Part shown: piece after piece, positions 1 to 12,968 of the stretch
How positions within the stretch are numbered: the stretch's first letter is position 1
Layout: each line of letters starts with the position of its first letter
DNA from: Lama glama
Taxonomy: Eukaryota
Assembly: GCA_028534125.1 (NCBI GenBank)
Contig: CM052817.1
Span: 101,310,001-101,374,000, forward strand
Length of the DNA: 64,000 nt
Reading direction: 5' to 3'
The notes under the pieces: model-generated
What the model was told of the DNA's origin: nothing
The model's input: the letters and a program-made list of their open reading frames with translations, nothing else
The model's database searches: none
Program-made: the position numbers and the translations under genes

Positions 1-1049
1 GTGGGAAAAAAATGAAGAAGGCAGAGGCCAGGTCATAAATGGCCTTATATGATGTCCTAAGGAGTTTATTTTCTAGGAGAAATGCCTGTGACTGGGGATA
101 GATAGGCCGTATATAAAGGGCTCGGAGTGAACCTGGCACATAATACATGGTCAGTAATTTCAGATTTCCCTGTCTCCCAGGATCCTGCCAAACCCACTTT
201 AGTTAGCACATATCTAGTTCTTATGCACATGTCCTTTCTGTATACTTCCCCAGCATGCATCGTAGTCAAACTGGATGATGACAGTTAATCCCTCATGTTT
301 ATTCTCTGGAAGGGAAACACAATTAATCCCTCATGTTTATTTTCTGGAAGGGAGGGACAGAACAACTCCTAGAAGTCAGCTCCAAGATTGTACGGGGAAC
401 CAGTCCCAAGGATCTTGGGCTCTTTGCTCTTGTGGCCCCAGTCTGGCTTCGTGAGGTTTCAATACAAGCAAACTCCAACTCAGAAAGAAACTGAGCCATT
501 CTATACCAACAGCCACTACCACCAGTCAAGGCACTTACCACTTCTAGTTGCAATTGCCTGCTTACTAATCCCTCTCCCACGCTCGACCGTGATCTTCCTG
601 AGGGCTGAGAAACCATTAGATTCTTCTCTGTGTCCTCAGGGCCTACTGCGTGCCTGGCTCACGCTAGACATTCAGTACGTGTCCATTGGAATGAATGACT
701 GAGTGAGTAGGGGAACATCCTCCAACTCCAAGCCCAGCAACAAGACTGAGGGTCCCTCCCACTTCTCTGCCATCTTCGTGAGAAAAGAGACTTGCTCCAG
801 TTGTATGCCCCAGAGTTTGAGTTGAGTTGGGGACCAGCAGGAGAGAGATCAGGAGAGAGACGTGCTGGGGAGTGACCAGCTTTCGATGAATTTGGCAATG
901 GGATGGGCTCAGAAACACAAATGAGAAGAAGCAGTGACTCCTGTCATAGCAAGTCAGTCACCTTTGTGCTGGCCTGTTTTAGGAAGAGGACATTGTAAAG
1001 TCGAGTGGGGTTTGCCTGACTGTGTTTCTAATTAAATTGTAAATTTCTA

Positions 1050-1565
1050 AAACAGAACGCATGTCCACACAAACAGCACGTACATGAAGTTTATAGCAGC
1101 ATTATTCAGAATAGCCCAAAAGTGGAAACAACCCAAATGTCCATCAATTGACAGACGGATAAACACAATGTGTTAGATCTATACAATGGAATATTTTTCA
1201 ACCATATAACAGAATGAAGTACTGACACATGCTACAACAGGGATGAACCTTGACAATGTTACACTAAGTGAAATAAGCTAGACACCTAAGACGACGTAGT
1301 ATATGATTCCATTCACGTAACAGCCTAGAATAGGAAGTCTATAAAGACAGAAAATAGATTAGTGCTTACTTAGGACTGTGGGGGATAGGAAAGTAGGGGG
1401 GATACCTAAAGAATACAGCTTTTTGAGGTGATGACAATGTTCTGAAATGGACTGTGGTGATGGTTGCCCACATCTGTGAATATACTAAAAGCTATTAAAT
1501 TGTACACTTTAAATGGGTGAATTGTATGGTATGTGAATTCTCTCTCAATAAAGCTGTTAAAAAAC
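1050..1565 (+). mobile_element. Old L1 (L1MB/MC-like) 3' end
   Basis: Typical L1 3' motifs (tttatagcagcattatt, aacaacccaaatgtccatcaa, tacactttaaatgggtgaattgtatgg), AATAAA and A-tail. Confidence 0.85.
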
Positions 1566-1844
1566 AAAGCAAAACTTCTAAAGCAGAGTGTTAACCTGGG
1601 CTTTGGAGAACTGTGTACCACCTGGAACAGCATGCCAGAACCGGCATGTCTGCATTTCCTGGGTCTGTCCATTTCACTTAATTCTCTTGGACCTCCCTCC
1701 CCTCGGCAGAGCTGAGCGCTCCTTCACAGGGCTGACTGCAACGACTATGCAGTAAGAATGTGATGAATATTAATGTAATCAAATATGCAAATTCAGTCTT
1801 ATTTAAATAAAAATGATTAGTGTCCACTTTTTTAAAGGAGTCTT

Positions 1845-1993
1845 TTTTTTTTTACTTTTTAAAAAAATTGTTGGTAGTGGGGAGGTAATTAGGTGTATTT
1901 ATTCATTTATTTAATGGAGGTACTGTGGATTGAACCCCAGGACCTTGTGCATGCTAGGCACACACTCTACCACTGAGCTATACCCTCCCCCCC
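1845..1993 (-). mobile_element. Camelid tRNA-derived SINE (Vic-1-type)
   Basis: Reverse complement of GGGGAGGGTATAGCTCAGTGGTAGAG...GGTTCAATCC..AGTACCTCC...CCTAATTACCTCCCC with A and B boxes. Confidence 0.85.
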
Positions 1994-2549
1994 ACCATGT
2001 CTACTTTTAAACTAGTCAAGGAATAGAATGCAATACGGTTCCCTGCCTCCACTGTAGAAAAGAGAATTATTGTGAATTCTATTCTGATATGTAAGATTTT
2101 TTTGTTCTAAGGTATTATTTGTAATGCGAAGATCTAATTGTTTTTATATGGCTGCTTGCTGATCATTTTTATCTTACTAAAACCTTTTTAAAATCAGTTG
2201 AATGACTTGATAAGAAATCAAATTATGTAAATATATAAAGTTCGACAAGTTTCTCAACCTTTAACTGAAAACTTTTGCATCATCAGAAAAGCGAAAGGTT
2301 CTGTTCATTCCCTGAATCAAATAAACGTTGATTTATAAGCGTTTTTCCTGAATGACTAGAACCACAAAAAGCAGAGAAATGTCATTTGCATTACTTGACT
2401 TTGAGGACCTATATTTTATAGGCCCTTTCTGGGTAAATACCAAGAAGGGAAAAAAGGTAGCAGAGGCTTGTTGAACCGGGCTGTTTTGCATTTTTTTAAA
2501 TTTGCACTTGTGTTTCAAGCTTGGACAGTCTAAGGAAATAGATCATCGC

Positions 2550-2665
2550 TTTTTAGGGGAGGGTAATTAGGCTTATGTATGTATTTATTTTTAATAGAGG
2601 TAGTGGGGATTGAACCCAGGAACTTAGAACTCGTTCATGCTAAGCATGCACTCTACCACTCTTCC
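2550..2665 (-). mobile_element. Camelid SINE (5'-shortened)
   Basis: ggggattgaacccagg...catgctaagcatgcactctaccact. Confidence 0.8.
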
Positions 2666-2819
2666 CTCTCATCATCACTTTTTTTTTCCTAACTAAAGGA
2701 AGTGCGTGTGCGTTCTCACACTCCCCCAGAACGCTCCTCTAAACTTGAACTTTTCAGGCTGAGGTCCCGTATGCCTAATTTTCTTTCCGGAGTCTTTTCT
2801 CACTGCATCATCTTTTAGA

Positions 2820-3500
2820 TGATCAGCACGCCCTCTTTCCGATCTGCAGCTCCTCGCGGGTCCAGGCTGCGCTGCGCAGGGAGGTGGGCTCCGGTTGCCT
2901 CTCCCGCCAGTTAACCGTGCAGTCCCCCCTGGTGGTGGGCCTCGCGGCCCAGCACGAGAGCGTGGAAACAGCTGACTGCTGACTCAGAGGGGAGAGCAAG
3001 CCACCCACGAATCTCATTGCAGCTCGCTGCTGCATCCCTATCCCATAATCCCTTGCTTGGTTTGCTGCAGTCTTTTCAACAGACGCTGAGTGAGAAAAAG
3101 ATGTCCTGTGAGATAAAGATTGATTGCTTTGAATACCGAATGGGGTCTCCCACTTGTTAATGACCCAGAAACATTCCTGCCGACTTTCCTGAGCCTTCTC
3201 TTATTTCCTCCGTTTTTCTCTTCTTCTGTTCTGTTCATGAGCTGGCACATCACTCCATAGAGCAGAAGATATGCTGGGCTTCTGATGATGGCTGCTCTGC
3301 ATGGTAGGGAATTTTAACCAGTCTCTTTGCATGGTGCTTCCAAACTTGAGATGTTAACAGAAATGCGCATTGTTCTTTGGGGTTGCCGCGGGGCTGCAGC
3401 GCCAGGCTGGGGAGGATTTAATTCTTCGCCTCGTTAATTAGTCTGTCTGCAGAAATGGGTAGGTCTTAAATGTTCGAATTGCTTCGTCTTATGCCAGGTG
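2820..3500 (+). promoter_or_regulatory. Putative alternative promoter / first-exon region of TRIM2
   Basis: Local GC/CpG enrichment at 2820-3035 in an AT-rich context; AP-1 motif TGACTCA at 2981; several donor-like sites downstream (atg|gtaggg, tgg|gtaggt, cag|gtgaat). Confidence 0.4.
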
Positions 3501-5779
3501 AATAACTAATTTCTCCTGCTGTCTCTTTTCTGCCCCCGAACCCCCAACTCGTCTCTCTCTTGGTGATGCTGTATGCTCTAACTATAAGATATAGGGAGAC
3601 CCACTCTTTGCTTAAACAAAGGCATCAAATTAACTAGACTGGGAAGAAAGTCATGCAAGATTTTTCTCATCCAGTTTCTAATGTGATCTGATGAGATTTT
3701 GATTTTTACTAGTCTATATTTTAATATGTATCTCGGTCTATTTTAAATATAAGATTTTTCCCCCCTGCGTCTCCCTTTTGGGTACGAAGATGATGATGAA
3801 ATTTTGCAGGACTCCTCCCTCGGTACCCCAGGGTGGAGAATGTGCGATTCGACCCTTCCCCCACCGTGCCCTCTGTTCGAGAACCCTGGGGTGGAGTGCC
3901 ACGGTTCCCAGTTACCATTGGAAACCCATTCATTCATAATGCATGACTCGACCCTCTGAATTCTGAATGCCATTGATGATCAGAAAATATGCAGGAGATC
4001 ATTTGGGGGTTTTTTTCTGGCATTTTCTCCCTCTGCCTTTGAAGTAGGCTCAAATCTGGGTGGAGTTCAGTGGCAGCATTACACAGAAGGGGGAGAAAAA
4101 ATACCCAACTTGGGTTGGACCTTAGGTTTGCTTCCTGAAACAGTGGGTATCATTTTTGTGTCCGAGAGCTTTTTCTACAATGATGCCCCACCCTGTCATT
4201 ATTCCTTATGAAGGGTGGGGGCGGATAGGAGAGAAGTAGGAAGGCTATTTAAGCTAAAAATTGAATGTTAATTAGTGGCCTTCTGAACCAAAAGGTAAAA
4301 TGATATTTCTGTCTTAAGAAAAGATGCTTTCAGTGTCAGAGCTTTAAAGAACACTTCTAGATTCAGAATGAGGCGTTTAAAAAATTATTAGTTCGGTTAT
4401 TTGGCTTAGACCATTTTACAATAGTTTTATTCCTCTTGAGTCAATTATTAGAGGTTTTTTTGTTCTTGGTCTTGTTTTACTTTGAATATGGAAGGAGAGC
4501 CGTTTGTTTGCCCAGATTCTTAAATCGATTTCTCAAGTATCAGGATTCATTTCTGCCTACTGTGAACCTCTTTTCTAGTGCCTTTCACTATTTTCAGGGA
4601 GATGCTTTACCAGCTCTATTCCGTGACCCACTGTGGCGTTAAATAATGCACGCCCCTCCCGAGCAAGCACACAATGAGAAGTTTCCTGTGTGCTGTGGAA
4701 CAAGAAAGCAGCTTTCTGCTGCAGGGATGTGAATGGTGGCCTTTCCCCAACCTCTAAGTATTTCTTTGCAGTTTTCTTCTAGAAAGACACAAGGAATTGG
4801 AATTGGAAAGGTTAAAACACAGCTGATTGTGAAAATGTTCTCTAATAGAATGTGCTGTTTCAAGAAATAGGGATGCAGCATAAAACGGAGAACAAAGTCT
4901 ATATACATTTTTACCACGGTTAATATTATAACCCTGTGATGACTTAATTTTTTTTTATTTACATGGTAACAAGAGCTTAGTGGATTTTGTTGCTTGTGAA
5001 ATAAAGTAAAAAATATTCACTCTTTGTCTTACTAAAAAATAAAAATGTCCTCCACTTGGATATCTTTAGACATTAATTTCTCCAAACTTATGACTTTTTT
5101 TAATCTGTCCTGATTAAGTAGGAAAAAATCCTAAATATGTAGCAATTCTAAAAAATTTAACTAAGCTTAGTTTTTAAGACTCCTTTGTGCCTTTTTTCAT
5201 TATTTCTCTGATAAAATGAAGACTTCAACCAAACGATTGTATGTATTGTTGAGATGTATAGGAGAGAAATACTTTTAAACTTACCAAAAAAATTGCTACC
5301 AAATTATTTACTACCAATTTTTTTCTTTTAAAAAAATGTGACTGAATTACCTCCAACTGTGGCAAAATTCTAATTTGCACACACCTGTAATTGCTTTTTT
5401 TTTTTTAATCTGATGCCATCTGGGCCCCTTTATTAATTATATAAGGATTTTAGTGTGAATATGCATTATAATGGGCTTGGCTATTAAAGTTCTTTGAATA
5501 TAATTATTGTGCACGTTGTTTGAATTTAACAGATCAGGTGTCCTTCTAGAATTTGGAGATTTAGATTAGACCAAATACTGAGGGAAAAGAAGCCCAGGAT
5601 GTTCAAACAGCATCACGGAAGGAGACATTCAGGATGCTTTTTGCATGCTTGTCTGTCTACCCTTTTCCACTTTGCCCTGTTCTACGTTCATATTCTCAGA
5701 TAGCTTCTGTTCTTCCAGTAAATGCTTCTTCTTTTTTCATTTGTGTAGTTTTTTTTTTTTTTTTTTTGCTGCTGCTTTT

Positions 5780-6335
5780 TTTTTTTGCAGGAGGAGGGAG
5801 GTAATCAGGTTTCTTTCTTTCTTTATTTATGTTTGAGTTAGTTTGTTTATTCAAATTCAAATAATATAATCCAACCTCACAGTGTACACAAACTAGTTAA
5901 GTAGAAAGTGGTATTTTTTTAAAACATTTTTTTATTGAGTTAGAGTCATTTAACAATGTGTCAAATTCCAGTGTAGAGCACGATTTTTCAGATATACATG
6001 AACATACATATACTCATTGTTGCATTTTTTTCTGCTGTGAGCTACCACAAGATCATCTATATATTTCCCTGTGCTATACAGCATAACCTTGTTTATCTAT
6101 TCTACAGATGCCTGTCAGTGTCTACAAATTTTGAACTCCCAGTCTGTCCCTTCCCAGCCCCCTCCCCCTTGGCAACCACAAGTTGGTATTCTATGTCTAT
6201 GAGTCAGTTTCTGTTTTGTATTTATGTTCATTTTTATTTATTTATTTATTTTTAAATGGAGGTACTGGGGATTGAACCTAGGAACTCATGCATGCTAAAC
6301 AAAAACATGCTCTACCACTGAGGTATAACCCCCTG
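5780..6335 (-). mobile_element. Camelid SINE split by an L1 3'UTR fragment (~5915-6230)
   Basis: SINE tail part ~5780-5850, SINE head ~6250-6335, L1 3'UTR between them. Confidence 0.75.
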
Positions 6336-7036
6336 CCCCGCCCCTGCTTCTTCTTATTCTCAAAAACTTGTTAATTTAAGTAAATATTTATTCAAATCAA
6401 CAACAGATTTACATAATATGCTTCTTATCCACCAGGGGCACGAAGGGGTTTACTATGATGTAGGCCTGTGTCTTCTGCAGTTCTGAGGTAGAATGAATTT
6501 CTCTTTCCAATTTCTCTTCCCCCTTCTCGCTAACCTCACCCAACTCCCAGAGCTTAGGGCCCCGGCTGCCCTCTGCTTTTTCCTGGAATACGCAGCCTCT
6601 CTGTGTAGTCCCCAAGGAAAGAAAGAGAAGACACTTGGCAAGGTGATGGAGGAGGAGAGATGAGACCCTGCTCATCTTGACTGTCCCGGGGGATTGTGGG
6701 CTGAGTGCCAATTAGCCTGACCACTTAACACTCCATCACACACACCCTTCTGGCACTTAGAAAACCCAAAGCAAAATTTAAGAACTGACTACCAAAGGTG
6801 AGGATTTTTATAAAGAAGGGAATGGCAAACAGTTATTCTACCAAGGAGAGAGGAAGGAGAAGCGGGCATAAATACCATTGACAAGTTGGAGGCTTGGCTT
6901 AAAAATCAGTTTCCAAATGGTAAAACCCAGCAATTTAGGGAAGTTGTCATACATCTGACCCTGGAAAGAAGGAGAAACCATGGAAAGCTTGGGCACATCC
7001 TTCCCTGGAGACAGAAGTTAAAGTAGATGGTCTCCT

Positions 7037-7180
7037 GGGGGCTGAGTTAATACTCAGTGGTAGAGCACATGCTTGGCACGTGCGAGGTCCTGGGTTCAAT
7101 CCCCAGTACCTGCATTAAAATAAACAAATAAATAAAATAAACCTAATTGCCCCCCTACAAAAACAACCCCCCCCCCAAAA
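7037..7180 (+). mobile_element. Camelid SINE
   Basis: ctcagtggtagagcacatgctt...ggtcctgggttcaatccccagtacc...aaacctaattgcccc. Confidence 0.85.
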
Positions 7181-7289
7181 TTTTAAAAAACCTCCTGAGT
7201 CCCTCACATCCCTTCTCCCTCTTCCCATTCGCACCTTTTGTACAAAGACATTGCATCTGGCTTTTCTTTCTTTTGTTAAAAAGTATTTT

Positions 7290-7415
7290 ATTTATTATTG
7301 TATTTATTGGGGAGGTAACTAGGTTTATTTATTTTTAGAGGAGGTACTGGGGATTGAACCCAGGGCTTCCTACATGCTAAGCATGCGCTCTACCTCTTGA
7401 GCTATACCCTCCCCC
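7290..7415 (-). mobile_element. Camelid SINE
   Basis: ggggaggtaactagg...ggtactggggattgaacccagg...gagctataccctcccc. Confidence 0.85.
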
Positions 7416-8699
7416 TACGTGTAGCTTTCCTAATTTACAAAATGACCCATCTGGGATAGAAGCTTGATTTAACTAGAAATAGGTCACCCTGTTTTTTTTT
7501 CACTGCAGATTGCCCTCTTTTCTTTCCTTTAGTTGAGTCCTCAAGAACAATGCAAACTCCATGGCAGATGAAGAATATGCTCATAAATTTGAATAATTAA
7601 AAAGTCCTTGTTTTGAAAATTCTGTTTTAATCTGTGCCTTGAGCTCTAGGGACCACCTGCTTGGGCAGGTAAAAGGTAGCACATTGTGAGTTACAGATAA
7701 TCCTATGGGTTCAAGATCTCCTTTCTATAAATGTACCAGAAGATTTTTCACTTCTTGGGAAGCTAATTTTAGCATATCCGCACCATTGTTATTGGCCCCA
7801 GAACAATAAAAAAAAGTAACAATATTAATAAATAAATTCAGCTAAGTGGCAACCAAGAGAAGCCCTAACCAGGAAGGCCATAAAATTAAGTCATAGAAAT
7901 GGAATCTAGTGCCTTTAGGATGATGTATAAACAAAGATGCTTACCCACAAATCACATGTGAAAACTTTATTTTCCGAAGGATTCTTGACCTGTTTCCCAA
8001 CCATGTTTCCTTAGATGAGCCAGACAAGCTTTCACCAGCTCTCTCCCCTCCTCCAGAATCCTGCTTTCAGTCTGTCTTTTCTCTGCCAGCCTCCCTCCCT
8101 GCTCCCCTCCACTCTGGTATTAGCAGTTAAGGGTTTGGATAGTTTTCTGATCTAAATGATATCATGTGGGGCGGGAAGTGTGGTTTCAGCTTTAGGACTG
8201 TGGACGCAGGCATTTTCATTTCTTCTCTTCCTATCGAGTTCTTCTTTTCCATTTGGTTGTAATTACCTCCAAGTTGTAGGAGATTTGAGAAAGTGGTGCC
8301 AGGCAAAATACCAGGGATGACATGGGGAAAGATATGCTGGGACAGGATTTTTCTGTGCCTGAGGATTGTGTGACGTGATTGCTACATTGTTCTTACCCAC
8401 ACGAGCTGGGTTCAGTTGGCAAGTCCCCACTAATAAGGAATTTATGTGTTATTTCCGTGCGTCTTCAGTAGTTCTCAATTTCTTTTCCTGCATTTGTGAA
8501 TATGTTGAAATATGTCACTAAATATTTACTGTCTGGCTCAGGGCTGATGTTGCTAAGCTTTAGACTCACACAGGAAGGCAGGTCATGTCTGATGTCGCGT
8601 GAAAATGGTCACATGACCGGTAATGCCCATGCTCTTTATCCTGTAATTTGCAAGTGCCGCTCTTCTCTGCTACTGGAACTGAGTCTATTCCCATGATAT

Positions 8700-9010
8700 A
8701 CTTCATTTGTTCAGTCCATTCAAAAAAAAGAGTGTCTACTATGTAGCGGGCACAGGTCTAGGGGCGGGACTGCTGCAGAGCAATCAGACAGAAGTCCCTG
8801 CCCTCGTGAATCTGACATCCTAGTGAGGTGGGGGAGCAGACAGTATGCAAAACAAACATGTTGCACCCATTATTGGAAAGAGACCAGTGCTGTGGGGAAA
8901 AATAGAGCCGGATCGGAGTAGCCAGTGCTAGGAGGTTGGGGGCAAGTTTCAGTTTTAAACAGAACAGTCAGATTGAGCAGGTGCAGTTAAGCACAGAGCT
9001 GGAGAGGGGA
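8700..9010. mobile_element. L2 relic
   Basis: ttcatttgttcagtccattcaa...gagtgtctactatgt...agacagaagtccctgccctcgtg. Confidence 0.6.
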
Positions 9011-10180
9011 GTGAACCCCTCTGTAAGCAAGATTGTTGGTTTTCCACCGACGGGGAACCTGAGCTTCCCCACACAAGAGCTGTTACATTTCAGTGTAATA
9101 ATGTCAATATTACACTAATGTTGGCTATTTATATAGCTTTAAAATGGCTCTTGCTGACTTCGCTTCTGCATCCTTTCCTTTCTGTTGGACTTTTATCAAT
9201 GTGTCTGGTGCTAGTTCCTTCATCCCAAACCGTTTGGGCTCCTTCAGAGACAGAGTCCAACCCAGGCGTGTTTTCACGTGTCTTTCCAGAAATTAGTTCT
9301 GTGGATCCCCAGTCGAGAGTAGTTCTGTATTCTGATCTCTGTTAGCGTGGACTTACTTCTGCTGGTTATATGAGTGAGAAGGCTCTTTGACACTTCAGAA
9401 ACCAAGATGGGAAAAGGAGAACATTTGAGAATCTAGATAAGTATTGACTACTTTTCTAATCAAGCAGACCAGAAACTTCTGGTTGTGCCCAAGCGCTCTG
9501 ATGAAAGGCTGTTGTATATTTTGTGTATACTCCTGGCAGCTTATTCAGATGGATGGAAAGCTTCCCTGGTGCTTATTAGCACATTCTGTGACTCCAGTCT
9601 TCTAAGCACATTATCCCTTCAGGAGTCGTCAAATTTCTTTCTATTGTGTGTATCCAGTTATATTCAGGGAAAGATCATTATCTTGGCAGAGTCTTAGGTT
9701 GGGGATCTTTGGGGGTTGGAATCCTTTTGTGTTGATTCTGGGGGTCCTGAAAATCCAGATGTCTTCAACAGATCTCTTGTGACCGATTGTAATATTGTCA
9801 AGATTTTAAATTAGTGTTAATGAGTTAACTTAATTTACCATATAAACTATCAGTACTAACAAAGACTTACTCTCACCCACTACAATAATTATCTTAAAAT
9901 TAGAATGAAACTTAGAGTGAAATATTTTTATTTCTGTTTTGGAGAATAAAAATGTCAGCTTAGGAAATTTTGTTTAGTCAATGTCTATAATTTGATTAAA
10001 GCCTTGCCAAAAATCCAAAATTTTAAGGTTAAAAAAAAGACTAAAATCCAATATGATATTTTCTCTGCTTGTTCAGTGCTCAGCATGACTGATTCTTTCA
10101 AAGGGTAATATGAACATTTTCAAAACTTATTCAAAATAAAATTTCATTTTAACTGAAAAGTTCAACATGATTTTTTTTTT

Positions 10181-10536
10181 AAATATGACACGCTTCACAA
10201 ATTTGTGTGTCATCATTGCTCAGGGACCAAGCCAATCTTTTTTCTTTTTTAATTAATTTAATTGAAGTACAGTCACTTACAATGCATCAATTTCTGGTGT
10301 ACAGTATTATGTCTCAGTCATGCATATATGTACATATGTTCATTTTCATATTCTTTTTCATTAAAGGTTATTACGAGATACTGAATATGGTTCCCTGTGC
10401 TATACAGAAGAAATTTGTTTTTTATCTATGTTTATATATAGCAGTTAACATTTGCAAAACTCAAACTCTCAATTTATCTCTCCCCCCAAGTCACTCTTCT
10501 GTATCATTCCAATGTTAGTGCTGCTGAAGTGAGCCC
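10181..10536 (-). pseudogene. U6 snRNA retropseudogene interrupted by an L1 3' fragment
   Basis: 10181-10239 matches the reverse complement of the U6 3' part (aaatatg..cgcttcac.aatttg.gtgtcatc.ttgc.caggg.cca.gc.aatctt). ~10495-10536 matches the 5' part (ctgtatc.ttccaat.ttagt..gctgc.gaag.gagc). The T-run at 10171-10180 is the poly(A) tail. Confidence 0.9.
10240..10494 (-). mobile_element. 5'-truncated cetartiodactyl-type L1 3'UTR
   Basis: Same family as the copies at 13410, 20996 and 58919 (ttgaagtacagtca..., tccctgtgctatacag). Confidence 0.85.
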
Positions 10537-10561
10537 TCTATAATTTATAAAAATTATAAGT

Positions 10562-10588
10562 CACACACACACACACACACACACACAC
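10562..10588. repeat. (CA)n microsatellite
   Basis: Direct reading. Confidence 0.95.
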
Positions 10589-11947
10589 CAGTTGTATTAA
10601 ATTTGCTTAAGATTAGGTCTCATCAACTTATCAGATAAAGCAGAAAACTTGAAATCTGAGCTTTCTGAGTCACTGATTTTACCAGATGACCTTGAGCTAG
10701 TCATTTAAACCCTCAGCTTTGGTTTCCTTATCTTCAAACCAGACAAATCCATTCCTTCTCTACTCTGATGTCATAGGGGTGTGATTAAAGAAAGCAGAAG
10801 ACGTGCCAACATTTGATTTCCTGGGAGAAGAGTTCCATTTAATCCCATCAATGGATATCATTCTCTACAATAGTTCTGTAGAGAGACAGTCTACGAAAGC
10901 CTAGCAGATAATGCTGGCTAATTAGATATGTCACATCTACACTGCTTAACTAACGCAGCGAGTCCTGTTCGAACGTGACCCTCTGGTACAGCAGGTGCTT
11001 TCTCTAGCTCAGTCTGTTGATCAGTCATGCTCTTCAGAGACCTGACCTGGAAGGTACAGAACTGGAAAATAGGTGCGTCATGTTTGTAACTCTCCTCAAA
11101 TATGTCTAAATAGCAGAATTGTCTTGATAAAAGTTGACATACTTTTTGAAAGTTGGTGATTTGATAGGGAGAAAGAAGAACCATCATTTATATTTGGAAA
11201 AGAGGGTTTCCTTTAGAAAGCATAGAATTGTCAATTCTGTAAACACAGGTCCCAGGCCAAGTTAAAATGTTGTATAAAAACCCGGCTTCCATACATAGTA
11301 CACCCTTCTTAAAACACAAGGTCAAGGGAGGTACAGCGGCTGAAAAGGTCATAGTTTTACATTCTGGCAAATTTCCTAACTGAGCCTCGGTTTTTAAAAA
11401 TCTGTAGAATGGGAATAATACTCCTTCCTGACTAGGATCATATTGAACATTAACTACATTTCTTTTTTTGTTTTTTCTTTGGAAAGAGCATTTCTGTTGG
11501 GAATTGGGGGGAGGCTCTGGACACCTTACAAATATTGAGAAAATTCAGAAGCGAATTTTAGCTCAGCTTTGGTGGGCTTTGGGATAGAAGCCAGAAATTC
11601 TTTAAGGTGGTAAACGGGGCTGTGTTATATGTGGTGACGCTTCCCTCCCTTATTCTTTCATAGGCCCTTCATTTTCTCTTTGTTATCCTCTTCCAAGTCT
11701 CCTTTTCTGGCCTGATCGCTCACATTTTGAAACCTCCTCTGAATTAATTCACTTCACCAGACCCTCAGATACCAGTAGAGATTTCTTAAAATAATAAAGA
11801 CCACCTCTAGACTTTGTCCCTGATCCATGGCAAATATATTTTAGTATGAAGTCTACAGATCTTTAGCTCTGAAGAAAATATTCTGAACCACATACAAAGG
11901 TTTTCATTTAAGATTTTAACTATTCCATTCCTGCATATGAATAGTAT

Positions 11948-12496
11948 GTAGGGGAGGGAAAACTTCTCTGATCTTAAGTTCTGTCACCGAAGGCTGTGAA
12001 TTAAAGTGACAAAAGACATATATCAGGAGAAAAGGTGTATACATTTTATTGATATTTCATTTTTCCAAAAGAAAAAATACATATTATATTTTATTGAATG
12101 TTATTGAGTTAATATTTTAAAATATTTATTTATTTATTTTCTTTTTTTTTTCTTGTGTGTTTTTTTTTGTTTGTTTGTTTTACTTTGTTTTTGTTTATGG
12201 CAGGGGAAGGTAACTAGGTTTACTTATTTATTTTAAGGGAGGTACTGGGGATTGAACCCAGGACCTCATGTAGGACCTAAGCATGCGCTCTACCACTTGA
12301 GCTATATATCTCCCCTGCCTCATTATTTATTTTTTAATGGAGGTACTGGGGGAAAACTTCCTTTACAAATAGGAAATGTGTGCCCTACTTTTAGGCAGAT
12401 GGGAGGGGGCAGAGAGCTTTTCCTCATCTGCGGTTTCTCAACTGCCTTCAGCTCAAAATAATCCTTATGTCAAAGTGGCTTATTTTGAGCCCCTTC
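11948..12496 (-). mobile_element. ERV1 solo LTR (MER34-like) interrupted by a SINE
   Basis: ccttcagctcaaaataatccttatgtcaaagtggc resembles the MER34 LTR 5' end in reverse; family name from memory. Confidence 0.6.
12140..12315 (-). mobile_element. Camelid SINE, with an adjacent second SINE fragment at 12322-12352
   Basis: ggtactggggattgaacccaggacctcatg...ttgagctata. Confidence 0.85.
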
Positions 12497-12968
12497 TACT
12501 ATAATACTTGGGAAGACATTTTCTCCTAATAAGACCATTCTACGTAAGGTAGACTATAATGGTCTATATATTATATTATATATAATCTAGGCTATAATAT
12601 TTTAATAAGACTATAAACATAGATTCAAACACAGTCCCGGCTGAAGCCATGAACAGGTGCAGCTGTGTAAGTATTCCTCCATTCAGCTGCCTCTGCTTTG
12701 AAAGCCAGCAAACTCCCTCTTTGTACAACATACTTTCTTCTAATTTGTCTTGTTTGAGTGGTGAACTTGTGATTACTTTATTGATTTACAAGACAGGCAG
12801 CTCACTGTACACCGTCTGTAGCGAGGAGGGTTGGTTATGGTCATTCTGAGGTCACTGACATGGAATTCTGCCTGTATTCATAATACAGTGTATAATGAAT
12901 GAGCCTATGACTGATTTGCATTTATAGATTATCATATGTTTTTCCATCTTGGTTTTTCTGTCTGACAG

